Shown: positions 36,737 to 49,425 of the stretch, piece after piece
How positions within the stretch are numbered: position 1 is the stretch's first letter
Layout of the letters: every line of letters begins with the position of its first letter
Assembly: GCA_023334545.1 (NCBI GenBank)
Contig: JAADVB010000095.1
Coordinates: 1 to 62,077, forward strand
Origin: Salisapilia sapeloensis CBS 127946
Lineage: Eukaryota > Protista > Oomycota
Direction: 5' to 3'
DNA length: 62,077 bases
Notes under the pieces: generated by a model
Told to the model about the DNA's origin: nothing
Databases searched by the model: none
The model's input: the letters and a program-made list of their open reading frames with translations, nothing else
Translations under genes and position numbers: made by a program

Positions 36737-37201
36737 ATGGATCCAGCCGAAAGCACATCTACTAAGGGCTCCATTTCGTTGGATCCACTCACATTACTTG
36801 ATGCAGAGTACGAACGAGTCGTAGCACAGTCCATTGCAGTTGAAAGCAGCAGTCAACAGCAGCCTGTAGACGATTCCAAGGCATGCACAGGCGATCACGA
36901 CGACTCGAGTGACGAGATGCATGACAGTACTGTAGCCCTTGGATACGCAATGCTCCCAGACTCTCCGTCTGGTAGCGAGTCCTCCAAATCATTTAAAAGT
37001 AACGACGATGAAGTACCTCAAGAACCGACTTTGCCTGAAAAGCAGGAAGAGGACAGTAGACCGATGGATGCCTGTACAAAAGAGAGCATTCAAAAAGCCG
37101 TGCAAGGTCTACACTTGAAACCACCTCCATGGGCAGCCAACACCACGATCTCAGATGACGAGCTACTATCGATGTTAGCATCTCCCTCTGAAAAAGAGTA
37201 A
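36737..37201 (+). CDS. MEA1: MEA1-like small acidic protein, 154 aa
   Basis: Acidic disordered body, GYxxL motif, C-terminal PMD..KESIQKAVQGLHLKPPPWA..ISDDEL resembles MEA1 (from memory). Confidence 0.6.
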   Translation: MDPAESTSTKGSISLDPLTLLDAEYERVVAQSIAVESSSQQQPVDDSKACTGDHDDSSDEMHDSTVALGYAMLPDSPSGSESSKSFKSNDDEVPQEPTLPEKQEEDSRPMDACTKESIQKAVQGLHLKPPPWAANTTISDDELLSMLASPSEKE

Positions 37202-37262
37202 AATATAAATGTGCAAGTTGGGATTGCATGTAGACTTGTATTTCTATCACGGTTTGGTTGCT

Positions 37263-38525
37263 CTAATTCTTGTTCACCATCTTCGTGGCAACCGCAGCGG
37301 CAATTGCGCCAACGGACAACAACGTCACGGAGCCGACTGCAGCACTAATCATTGCCTCTTTACGCTTCTGATCCTTCTTGAGTCGCTTAGGCTGGCACGT
37401 CTCGAGGTCAATGAGCGACGCGTCATCTTTCAATGGCGTCGCACCAGCACCAACACCAGTGACGATCATCTGCTTGACACCACCAACGATCGGTTCCGGC
37501 ATCCACTCTTCCTTGGCACCGGCGAACCACTTTTGCATTGTAGTGGACGGGAACGTTCGCTTTAAGAAGCCGAAGAACTCGTCCAGCCGATCTTGTTCGA
37601 CGAAGAGAACGGCGTTCGGACCGGCGTCAAACGTGTAAGCAGCAGCGAGGAATCCCTTCTTCTCATTGTACTTGTGCACTAGCGTGACAATGCGGAAGGA
37701 CGTGTCGTTCATGTACCGAATGGGCGGGTACGTATCAAGGCAGCAAGCATGCAGTTGGTTACTCTCTTCCATCGTAATGCGTCCGAACTTTTCAAAGTTC
37801 TTGTTCTTGATTGCATCTTCCATTTGCTTGGTCTTCTCAGGTACGATGTTCTTGGCACGATGACGAAGGAGTTCACTCGTGGCAGTGGACGTCTGCATCC
37901 CGACGGTACTTCCCGTATCCTTCGCACCTTCATGGACGACACATACGATCGCTCGTAGTTCCGGCCAGTGCTTTTGGTCCGCAACTTGGACAGCTACGCT
38001 GTCTTCGCCACCCTCTTCCACACCACTCTGCCACTTGACAAAGCCACCATGGAGACTGCGGCTAGCACTGCCGGAACCACGTCGCGCAGCAATGGACAAT
38101 AGCTGGAGCTTGTGCGCTTCACTCACTGGGTTCGATGGCACGTCCAAGAGCTTGGAGAGAGCAGCGACGAGACAAGCGTAGCCAGAGGCGGAGGACGCGA
38201 GGCCAGCGGCCGTTGGGAAGGAGTTCTCCGACACGATGTGGAGGTGGGCGTGCGAGAGCTTGGGGGAACGCTTGGCGAGCTCAAACAAGAGCGCTCGCAT
38301 GCGTTTCGGGATTGCAACTTCCTCGCCATTGAGCCACAGACGAGTGGACGTGATCCACGGTGCCGTCGCGACACTCGTCGTCGTACGCAGCTCGTTCATG
38401 TCAAGCGTGACGCTCAAAGAGTCATTGATCGGCGTGTTATGCTCGACATCTCGCTTGCCCCAATACTTGATCGTGGCAATGTTCGTGGGCGCTTGGCAGG
38501 TTGCTACTTGGACTCCGTTCTTCAT
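37263..38525 (-). CDS. MVD: Diphosphomevalonate decarboxylase with C-terminal TM extension
   Basis: APTNIATIKYWGKRD, NSFPTAAGLASSASG, ARRGSGSASRS, AYTFDAGPNA. Confidence 0.95.
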   Translation of the reverse strand: MKNGVQVATCQAPTNIATIKYWGKRDVEHNTPINDSLSVTLDMNELRTTTSVATAPWITSTRLWLNGEEVAIPKRMRALLFELAKRSPKLSHAHLHIVSENSFPTAAGLASSASGYACLVAALSKLLDVPSNPVSEAHKLQLLSIAARRGSGSASRSLHGGFVKWQSGVEEGGEDSVAVQVADQKHWPELRAIVCVVHEGAKDTGSTVGMQTSTATSELLRHRAKNIVPEKTKQMEDAIKNKNFEKFGRITMEESNQLHACCLDTYPPIRYMNDTSFRIVTLVHKYNEKKGFLAAAYTFDAGPNAVLFVEQDRLDEFFGFLKRTFPSTTMQKWFAGAKEEWMPEPIVGGVKQMIVTGVGAGATPLKDDASLIDLETCQPKRLKKDQKRKEAMISAAVGSVTLLSVGAIAAAVATKMVNKN

Positions 38526-38670
38526 CGTTGCAGGGAAGATCTATCTCTGAGACCACACGTACGCAGGGTATCTCCGTAGCTTTGTACCTCGCAATGTAGC
38601 GACCTGATATGATCACGCAATCAAGTCGGATCTAGCGAACAATTCGAAAAGTAGCTTCGAAGAAGCGAGT

Positions 38671-39695
38671 ATGAGCCAGCTCGGGTTGCCAGTCGTCTGT
38701 CCAGGACACTCTCGTCCGTTGGCAGAAGTCCAATATAGTGGGAGTACTCCGCACGGCACGTTTTTGATCTCCGCCTGTCATGACAAGATGCCGATGCTAC
38801 GACATGCAGAGTCGGGCAATTGGGTTGGTACGTTTGACGGTCATAAAGGAGCTGTGTGGAGTGCAGCGATTGATACAAGTGCTTCCATTGCTGTAACTGG
38901 AAGTGCCGACTTTTCGGTCAAAGTATGGGATGCTCTGACTGGTGAAGAGCTCATCACTTTCGAGCACAAGCATGTTGTCAAGAGTGTCGTCCTGACTGGT
39001 GATGGATCGAAAGTACTCACAGGAGGCCATGAGAAGCTACTACGCGTCTACGACATCTCGCCACTACGACACAGGATGTTGCAGCTAAAGGAACCGATCG
39101 TCGAGGTCGAGTGTGCTTCGCAGATCCGGAAGATCGTGATGCTGCAGGATGATGAATGGGCAGCCACTGGCGAAACGAATGGTGTTGTATCTATATGGAG
39201 TGTCGTGGATGGACGTCCGATTACTACGTTTCAAGTACCTGCGTCAGAGAGTGGAGGGATCATGGACATGGAAGCATCGAGGAATGGCAGTGTATTGACT
39301 GTCGCTGCCGGCAGACAAGTACTGGTCCTATTTAGATGTCCACAGACATGATACTAACGACGTACTGGTAGGTATTCTTCTATGATGTAAACCACGATTT
39401 TGTCTTGTTAAAGTCATTTGACATGCCCATGTCATTCGGCGAAGAAGGTGGGGTCTCGTTACACCCGACGCAGCCCAAGTTTCTAGCTGGTGGCTCCGAT
39501 ACGTGGGTGCGAGTGTTCGATTATTCGAGTGGAGAAGTCATCGAGTGTCATAAGGGCCACCATGGACCAGTACGTTGTCTACGGTATGCACCAGACGGAA
39601 AGACGTTTGCTTCTGGTTCGGAAGATGGTACGATCCGTATCTGGCCGAACGAAGTCAGAGGCACGCATGCTGTTCATTCGAGTGGAACACCTTGA
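38671..39695 (+). CDS. STRAP: STRAP/Unrip WD40 protein; intron 39319-39371
   Basis: [21 protein letters not shown]...[30 protein letters not shown]. Confidence 0.92.
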
Positions 39696-39762
39696 TAGAG
39701 AGTAAACAATATACGCACAAAGTGAAGATCCATTAGATTGTATAAATTCTTTCTTGACCGCT

Positions 39763-40152
39763 CTAACGATTCTTGAACCATTGCACCAGGTCCTTCAGCT
39801 CGACAAAGCCTATGTTGTCAGGATCCAATTCCATCGCTAGATCCTCTGTCTCATCTTTCGTCATATCCAAAGCCATTTCTTCTGTCAAAAACCTATGCAG
39901 TTCCTTCACTTCCATCCGTCCAGCTCCGTCGACATCATAGCTCTCGAACAGTTGCTTCAACCGGTTCACTTGTCGCTCCACGGCCTTTCGCTGGGACGTC
40001 ATCTCGACTTTTTCTTGAAAGTATTTATGGGAAAAGTGGAAAATGTCTATCGGCTGCTCTCGAATCGCAGCCTTCGTCCATTCTTTTAGTATCAACGGTA
40101 GCTCCGTTGGCACGGTGATTTGATCTGCTGAAAAAATACGATTGACATCCAT
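39763..40152 (-). CDS. RIIa/ropporin-like D/D domain plus EF-hands, 129 aa
   Basis: QITVPTELPLILKEWTKAAIREQP; EF loops DVDGAGRMEVKE and DPDNIGFVELKD. Confidence 0.8.
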   Translation of the reverse strand: MDVNRIFSADQITVPTELPLILKEWTKAAIREQPIDIFHFSHKYFQEKVEMTSQRKAVERQVNRLKQLFESYDVDGAGRMEVKELHRFLTEEMALDMTKDETEDLAMELDPDNIGFVELKDLVQWFKNR

Positions 40153-40248
40153 GTTGTGGACTGGTCCGAACGGGTGCGTCTGGATGGTCGTTTCGAAATG
40201 GAGAAAGATAGGTTGGGTAAAAGGTGTCTATGAAGATTTATTTATGGT

Positions 40249-40875
40249 CTACGTCGAGGATGCATGCTTGTTACAATAATAACCATGTTTCTGGTACGAC
40301 CGGCGGTTGCATCCTTCCTCTCGGCACCGGTTACCGCCGCCGTGGGCCCAACATCTGCCTCCCGGAGCCGCTACCTTGATACATTCCTCGACGTCACAAA
40401 TGTGACCACCTCCATGGGACCAACAGTATCCATAACGCTTTGCTTTCGAGGTGCATCCGTCTACTTTGCATCGTTTGCAGCCGCCATGATGAAAGCATCG
40501 GTTGTACAAACGAGCGCCGTGCGTGCAATTGGGGTACGTGCATCGAGAACCGCCCTATGTATTCATCTCGGGTCAGATGCATAATGACTGAAGACGTAGC
40601 TTAGGTGGACTTACCCCATGACGAACGCATCGATTGCGAGAAACTGCAGTTCGAGAGCAATTCGAAGATGTACAAGTGTTTCCTACACGAAGTCTCATCT
40701 TCCCACAATGATTTCCACTAGCTAGTAATTGCTTCACTCGCGTCTGGACGACTTTCTGCTCGTCCATGGACAGTTCGCTTTCATCTGTGTCCATATCGAT
40801 GTCCACTCCTTCCGTCTCGACTTCCGTATCATCGTCCGGGTTTAATATATAGGCAACCGTAGCTTTCTTCGACAT
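40249..40875 (-). CDS. C-x4-C...C-x2-HGG zinc-finger repeat protein (WRKY19-like ZnF); intron 40555-40614
   Basis: Five C..C...C..HGG-type repeats after splicing. Confidence 0.82.
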
Positions 40876-40891
40876 GCTGGTGCTGGTGCGA

Positions 40892-40908
40892 GGAAAATTG
40901 GAAGTGAA
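40892..40908 (-). promoter_or_regulatory. INR+FPR core promoter of the HGG zinc-finger gene
   Basis: Minus strand TTCACTTCCAATTTTCC just upstream of the ATG. Confidence 0.5.
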
Positions 40909-43028
40909 TCTTATACGAGGCGAAAATATCCATCCGCTTCCTTCCGTGACGATGTAGTGGTCATCGAGCTTTGGCGAATGTTATTGGCGTAACAGTCGGC
41001 CTGTAGAGTGCTCGTCCGTTTTATGACTAAGAGTTGACCGAGTCTTGTCCGTTCGTGGATCAAGTGTATGTTCATGCCGGTGCCACAGACAGAGAAGGGG
41101 AAGGTAGAGAGGATGATTTCAGTCGGATACGTTGAACAAGATAAAACAAACATAGGACGATTGATGCATCGTAGAAGACGTGTAAAGATTGGGAAGAGTT
41201 CTATTTGTCGTTCGATTCACGAGTCCTGGAATACCGGTCGTGGGAAAGAAAGTGCGTGGATTTCTTCTACGTCTAGTGGGGCTACTTGAAACGTCAGGTT
41301 GTCTGTGTGTATGAGATTCACAAAGGAAGTGTATCTTCAAATACTTGTGTCACATTGATCCAAAGTTCACGTTTGCAGACAGGTTCCCATGCTAGTTTTA
41401 AATGGAAACAAGAAAAATTTGTCAAGGTTGTCTTGTTACGCGTTTGCAGATTTATTTCGATGTGACAACTTGGAGGTTGCGAAATGTCACTGCTTCTCAT
41501 CGTAACTTTAATCATCGCCCTGTATTGCTAAGTACGTAAAAGGTTCTGACAAGATAGATACAAAGTTTGATATTTGATCGCGAAATTCGCAGTTAAATTA
41601 TGGAAATACGGACATGTTCGAGTCTCATTCAGTCTAGCTATAAAGACATATTTTCAAGACTGTCGCTTTGCTGCCTTCGAGCTTTATATCTTATGGCTGC
41701 CGCTTAAATACCCTATCTTTTACATACTGCGTAAGACGGAGTATCACAACGAAGCAAAGAGGATATTGACAAGGTAAATCGGCCACAACAAGCAAATTGT
41801 TTTCAGCAATTTACACCTCAAAGTACCCAGGATATCTTTGCAAATGATAGCTAAAGCGCTTCCTTACATTGAGTCAGGATTAAAAGCATGCGCTTGATAT
41901 ATTAAATGTATATCAAGCTCAACCTGGTTGATGATCGTGATAAGAGTTGGAGCATGTCCTCAATTCATGTTGTATTGCACGCTCAGCGAATACGTCGTCT
42001 ATATTCGTTAAGCAAACAATTCTTACTACAATACTTGTATTTCCATTGTCATGATTCAACTAGCGACAATATGCCTCTTTAGACGGAAAAAAGATGGAGC
42101 CCAGATCTGTTTATATTACTAGTGCGCGCCTTAACACTGACTTGAACCATCAGGATCAACATGAATTGGTCATTAGTTTTCGTTGCAAACGTTCGAGCCA
42201 TTCATACGTATTGTGCGGTTTCCTTCAAATTCAGGGGTTTTGATAAAAATCGTGATGCGATAAAGCCTTCGTAGACGGCAAGTCGACTGATTAAATCAAA
42301 AACGGTGCGAGAAATAATGCAAACGTAAAGAATCGCCAAGAAAGAGCGTGAATTCTCAATGAAAGCTCATAGATATAGCTCACAATTCACTTTACCTACC
42401 GCCATGCTTGACTGCAGTAAGTCATATTCTCAGTTTATATGATTTTGTACGTATGTTTCTACTTTATAGTTCCAAGTTTTTAGTAGAAACAAAATTATTC
42501 ATTATGATTTGGGCAGTCGTATCGGATACTTCATTTGCTATAATAAATGTATTGTACGCCGCTTTCAAAGTCACTCATGTGCTGTTTTTTTCATCCATAG
42601 CCCACGATTGTCCAGCCCTGACAAAGCTTATCCAAGTCATTATGAAACTATGTAAGCCAGATGATACCAGAACCTTAAGATCGATATGGGAACATAGGAG
42701 GGAGTAGACGCTGCTAATAGTATTCTCCATCTAGCCGTGATATTGATATAAGCTTAATTAAACAACTCGTACCCTAATCTAAACATTTATCGACTAGTAA
42801 AAGCTCCAAGTCATTCAGATCGGACGTTGCAAGGCAAAACAAGTTACCACAAAGACAGCTTATTTTGCCTGCTAAACAGCGTCACCAATAATAGTGACAC
42901 CATCTCATTCTTTCCTCACAACTCCAAAACCCAGAACAAATAAGACATAACTACACTCCAACTTCAATCCATAATTATCTCGAAGAAACTAGGTAGTGAT
43001 CGCCTACTTTATTACCGTTTCCTACCTA

Positions 43029-46000
43029 TTACTGTTCTCCTGTCAGTAACTTATACGCCTTGGTCACACTAACAAACGCCGCAACGACCTTTGCACCATT
43101 CGTCTCTTTCGTTTTATCCGGATGCAACCTCAATGCCAACTTTCGATATTGACTCTTCAACGTCATCGTAGATGCATCCTTCGGAGCACCCAAGACGCCA
43201 TACAAATCTCTCCGCTGCCACATCTCTTGAATGCGACTTGAATCCCACAGCTCAGGTCCATCGAGACACTGTCGCAATGCACTTCCTCGCATCATCTGCT
43301 GCTGCATCCTCATCCGTTGTCGAGCCTGTCGCAGAATCTCTTCCTGTTCATTCCTTCGATGCGGTGAGTCCTCGTAATTCGTTTCATTTACAAACGTAAA
43401 TGCACCAGCCTCACTATCAGCTGGAGTGGTAAAAGCAGTGCCGGTAGACGACTCTCGAGGACGTTGCGGAGGTCTCGGCACGAACTTTGGTCGACCAGGT
43501 TCCTTCTTGACTGTCACTGGTTCGTCCGTGAGGTCAATGACAATCGGAGTTTCTCCTTGTCCAGACATCTTTCTCTCCTCTTCTCTCGGCTGTGGAGTAG
43601 ACGGCTCTGTCTCTTGCTCTCTTGCTTGCTCTTGTGCAAGTATATGGTTCGCCTGACGCTGAATGTCAAGAGCTTGCGACTGCAGGCCTAGCAATACGTT
43701 TTTCTCTATATCCGAAGGACATTTTGAGATACCCAGCATGATCGCTCGACACAGATAGTTCACCGACTGCCGCACACGCTCTGCATCCACTGACTCTGTA
43801 CGTAGTTGCACCTGCAGGTCATCCAGCATGTCCGATACCCTGGCCCACTCTTCTTTAGTTCGTTCTGCCATGGCTTCATCCGTCATCTCTTCTTCCACCG
43901 GTGCAGGCGTCTCGTCCACGGGAGGTGCGAGTGCATGCAGATGCTCCCATTCCTTCAGTTTTACGTCGTTATCGTGCTCTCCACAGACATACGGCACACG
44001 TATGTCCGCATACACTGCCAACGCATCTTGGAGACACGTATAGGTCATGACATCGGAGGCAACGGAGCTCGTCCAGACTTTATCAGGTGTCTGGTCTAGC
44101 ATCTGAGCGAGTCGGTGAACTTCTACTCGAGAAGCACTCGCTAAGATGTCTCGAACGCTCTTGGATACCTGTTCAAGACATGTATAGAGCGAGCTATAGT
44201 GTTCTTTCACGGCAAACGTTTGTGTGACGTTCGTATCTAATGGACGTTGGATGACGTACTGGATGTCACTGAGTGCACCCGCTAGTTCATGCAACTGTGT
44301 ATGTAATTCAACAAGATAAGAAATAAGCAGCGGTGGAGGCGATATCATATCTCTTCGAACAGACGACGGTACGTCTGTTATGGATGTCCACACGAGCGCT
44401 TGTGTCACGATCTCTGGGTTGACATCCAATGTTCCTTGAACATGGTCCAAGGCAATGTTATCTACTGCTTTTACACCTTTTTCTCCTGACTTTCGAATCG
44501 GTTGGGTTAAGAGCGCGAGTAGGTTCGGATCATCCAGTGCTTCTTTCGGAAATAAACGGACATCCGGACGATCTTGATGGACGTTTGGAAGGATCGAGAC
44601 GGTGTGTCGGCCTAAGAAGAAGGCTGCGAGTGCAATGTGATGCACCTGTCCAATGTGTTGCATCAGATACGTCCATATCGGTTGCTTTGGAGACAGCAGG
44701 ATGTTCGGGTCGCGTGTAAAGTGCTGGGACAAGTAGGTGGCACTGTCCATGGCAACATGTCCTTTGGATACGATCAGATCCACTAGTGTCTGTTCATCTG
44801 ATGCAGACAATAGAGTAGGCAAGTCGTCCAATACAGTTTGCTGTGTATATCGATCTGGAGCTGGTTGCAGGTAAAAGAAATATCGCTCGTTCTCTACCAA
44901 ACGAACGATTGGATTCGTCGTACATGCTGAGATCTTATTCATCGACAGATCCTCTTCCTTTCGTACCGCGGATGTCGACACCCGTTTCTCACGTCGATCG
45001 TCCTTACAAAGCTCCTGTCGGAACGTACGTACAACTTCTGTAAGTTTTCTACAGATGTAGAATGGTTGACGTTGTTTTTCTAAAGGTAACAAGAAAGATT
45101 TGAGTTTCCTATGGACGGAAGAGGGTGTGCGCATGGAACGAGAGGAAGCTTCGTCTGCCAAGTGGATGTCACGACTCGCTGCTCGCTTCATCTTTGACGA
45201 AAGCGAGTTATTCGCGAGTGTCGCAGCCAAGAGGTAAGTCGTACGACTGGATACCTTTTGTGCATGCATTTGGGTACGTCCTTGTTGGCGCAATCTGGAT
45301 GCACGACGGCGGAGTTTTCGTATCTGATGGCAACGTTTCGCTCGTGCATGTTTCACTTTCTTTTGAAGTGTATGGTAGGATTGCAGTGATGTGCAAGCTT
45401 CTCTCATAGAAAGCCTCTCGGGCTTGGGTAGTTTTTCACCTTTGGCTGGTTTCTCTTTCTGATCCAATTTCTCGCTCTTGGGTTGTTTTTCACTCTTGGA
45501 TTTCTTTTTCTTACTAGATGTGGTACTTTCATTCATGTCACTAGAAGTCAGGTCGACTTTTTTCTCCTTCGACACGGGCTTTGGGGTTGGATTTGCGTCC
45601 TGGAAACGTGTGTGATTGCGATTTTCCCTCTCCATATCAAAAGATTCACCTCTGTAGTAATTGTCTTCCACTTTCTTCATCAGGTCTCTGCATAAACGAA
45701 TTGCATATCGCAACTAGGGACATATAGATGCGTCAGATGGGTGCCTAGGAGTTTATAGAAATACATCGTACTTGTGGTTCAGACGGGTAGGAAATGACGA
45801 ATCGCACGATATTGCCACTGATGATACTCCCGCTGAATTTGCTCTGATACGCTTCGGGCGAATATAACTCGATGTGACAGCCAGAAACCTCGCGTACAGT
45901 CTTGATGCGCTTGCCATGGATGCTAATGATGGACGAAATAACTTTCTTCACGTTTATACCCGTCGGTATGGCCAGAGTCTCTATTTTAAAAGACGCAGGG

Positions 46001-46209
46001 GACGCGTTTGATGGTCTCGAAGGTGCTTTCGAACTTTTCTCGACGTTCCGATCGGCACTCTTTTGTTTCTTCTTCTGTTTACCATTGGATGTTGTTCTCG
46101 GCGCTGGTGCCTTCCGCTTGTTTGTGCTTGTCCTATCACCTGTGTGAGATGGTGCTGGTGCTGGCGTGTCCCGCACGCCGAGCGATGCACCGACCGAGAT
46201 CACGCCCAT
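43029..46209 (-). CDS. ~1040-aa protein with N-terminal KH-like segment and C-terminal J domain; intron 45714-45771
   Basis: Intron joins two ORFs in frame (SEPQ|LRYAIR); J domain YGVLG...YRKLALRLHPDK. Confidence 0.78.
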
Positions 46210-47429
46210 GCTTTATCGTCTGGCCAGTGGTAGTATGCGTGAAAAATAGCAAAGTATTTATTTATACGCTGTTTGGGCGAATCCCTGGGTTCGATTCCGT
46301 CTGAGTACCAGGTCAAAGTGCTTGATACGACGTTAGTCGGTAAGCTTCTAGGATGAATGGATGGTGTAAGTTGAGAGTATTGCTCTATTTTCCTCTTTAG
46401 AGAATAAAAATGCGGTATCTATCATTTCGACCATCATGTCAGGTGTTATATAGAGGACGATGCTTCAGCCCAGATTTCTATGTGTAGATGGGTCGAGGCA
46501 ATCATGGTCATGTATATGGTGAAAATTGGGATGGTCCTGGAAAGTAGCTTTGGAGGATAAATAATAGCAAATGGTTGTGAATGGTATTAAGACAGACAGT
46601 GTAGCTTTTATTACGTCAACGATATATCTTCTGCCATGAGTCTGTCATGGAAATTTCGAGAGAGACAATCGACATCATGAATGTCCTCACTTCGTGCTTA
46701 GACACGGAGTATGTAGAAGGTTCATCGACCTTCCGCACAAGACGAAGCGGTACAGCTTCTTTGACAGTATGCACAAGAAGCGCTTTCACTCTTCGTGACT
46801 TGTGTCATCTTCTACACGGAAACGAACTGAGAGTATTTCTGACCCATAGCGCTGAATAAACGACTAAGGTATAAGCAAATTAATAAATATGCATTTAAAC
46901 TACAAAATTGCTTTATTCAACTAGTCTTGCAAGGCGTGATGATAGCATCTTCTCCAGCATTGCTACTCATTTCATCGTTATAATTGGTGCTGGCTTCGGT
47001 GCTGACACACCTAACCAATAGCACCTCAATGCTTTCGACAATCATAAGTTTCGAAACGAGCATGTTCATGTCTTACGGACTTTACTTTATTCCCGGACAG
47101 AACCACAAGTAGCTTCAACCATGAAAATGTCCAGCATAAGCCCATGGACTGAACCTAGTGATAGAAAGTCGGCTAATCTTGGACCTAAGAAGGAGTATTT
47201 GCGATAAAAGAGTATTCGCAGCTCTAAACGCCGAGTAGCTACTTCGTTGCGTTCATATCCTAGTGATGAATACAATATAATTGGAAGTGATTTATAATTT
47301 TACTCATTTAAAGTAATTAAAAAACAAACACATCGAAATATATATTTAAATTTTAAATTAGTTTGATCTTCGTTCGGCTATTTGTCCACTGATTGATACT
47401 CGATAACATCTCTTCTTTAACCGCATCTC

Positions 47430-49425
47430 TTAGATATTTCGCTTACACTCTTGATATTTGGAAAAGTCTGGGTTCTGTTTCTTAAGCCATTGAGTCACTC
47501 TAGCTTGGTGCGCCTCTTCACTCGCTTGGATTGTACTTATTCAATATCTTTTCAACCGATTGCGGTAGAGATAGATTATCGTATTCAAGTGTCCACTATA
47601 GGCTGCTACACCAATTGCATGCTCCGAGCACCCTTCCGTCCAATTTTCGTTGAGGAACTTGACGACATCGAGATCTCCTTGTCGGCTGGCAAATTCCATC
47701 GCCTCTTCATCGCATCCTTCTGATCAATATGCATACAACCATTCGACGACAGTCATAAACCCATTTTGCTCACTTTGTTCATCATTTCAGTCGAGCAGCA
47801 CTCGTCGCTGTTGTCGTGGAAATATTGGACAATGTCGAGATTACCGCTGCCTGCTACTGCATCCATAGCACGACCGACGAACCCTTCATTCCGATTCGCC
47901 AGCAGCCACTTGACCATTGGAAGATACCCACGACTGCTTGTGTTTTCCAACGCATTTTCGGGAAATTGATCCTTCCGATTTTCATGCAACCACTTGACGA
48001 CGTGCATATATCCATGAGCTGCTGCCTTGTCCATAGGAAACTCTGCATCATTGATATCTTTATTCTCCAGAAGCTTAGCCAATTTAAGATGCCCATAATT
48101 GACTGCTTTTTCTAGCACATTAGTACACGCCTTCCTTCCTCTTCTCCAAAAGGTAATAAACTGTTTCGATGTCAGCATCTCGTATCGCTTCACCTTTCAC
48201 TTTATCGCTATTCAGATTCAGAATACAGCATGTAGTCCTTTTAACATTTCTAGTAGATTGTAAGTTCTTGTGTCGTTGTGCAACATACCGACGAGGTATG
48301 CTACGACATGCGTTTGGTCACGTCTGGCTGCGATCATTAGCATCGCTCGCTTGCGTTGCTAGAATACTTGAAGATGATGCTCACGGATCACACGAACCAA
48401 ATCGAGATCATCGTCAAAAGCACAGCGGGTCAGTCCCCTACTGACATAATCTTCTAGTGATGGCGTTTCAGACAGTAAGCAGTGCAGTATATTCACACCC
48501 GAGTTGCATTCGTTTCTACTTAGCAATTTTGTAATTACTTCATCTTGCTTGTACGCTGGAGTTTTTACAAATAAGAATTGGACTACTTTCAAGCGATCGT
48601 TCGACGCCGCCGCCTCCATAGTCTCTCTATTTACTAGCTTCTCCTTTCGACGCGCTAATAACCACTTGATCGTTTCGAGTTGACCGTTCTGAGCGACCAG
48701 TTCGAGTATACGAGGCGACATGGTTACACCTTGTTTAATCTTTCGAATAGCTAACCGCTTAAGGATGAAAATGTGGCCGTCAGGAGCTTCTCCGTCCATT
48801 GTTTTGATCGTAAATCCTTCGTCTTGGTATTCTTCTAGCCATTCCAATACATGCAAATGACCCTTCGTTGCAGCTCCACTCATAACAGACGTCGTGCATC
48901 CTACTTCCCGATGCCGATGAAGCCACTGAGCTACCTCTAGATGTCCTCCAGCACAAGCATTGTCCACCGCCTGGTCTGTGGCACCACCGCCGTCGTTGCC
49001 TTCAAGCGAATGGAACCACTGGACTATTTTTAGATGACCTCCTTTAGCTTCACTGTCGATGCATCGGTAGGTAAAGGATGCAGAAAGCGATTGGAATACA
49101 TCCATTGGGCTGGAGTTAAATGCCCTTGGATGGCATCAGCATCCAGCGCTCGCAGTGGGTAGTACTATTCTGGAAGAAAATAATGGAAGCTAATGATATT
49201 GTTTAAATGATCACTTTGAGCAGCATTGGTGACTGTATCATCTCATTCTTTACGAGAAACAGAGCACTGGACGAGGATACACCATTGCTGGAGAAGATGG
49301 ATCGAGTCATATCTATTCGCTTTCAAAATGAGTATACTTGGAAAAGGATCGAGGAAGGCAGTGATAACTTTAGCTATTTCATCAGACATAGATGGAATTT
49401 GGAGCTGCTTTCTCTGGATCAACAC
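47430..49425 (-). pseudogene. Ankyrin-repeat protein pseudogene (oomycete AMD.AA..GHL..V.WLH type)
   Basis: Many GHL..V.WL...EGC repeats broken by in-frame stops (48359 and three near 48200-48225) and frameshifts. Confidence 0.8.

Noticed and set aside
46254-46308. tRNA-like element: GGTTCGATTCC B-box with a possible 7-bp acceptor stem
   Set aside because: T-stem pairs only 2 of 5, no D-arm, ~17 nt too short; at most a relic.
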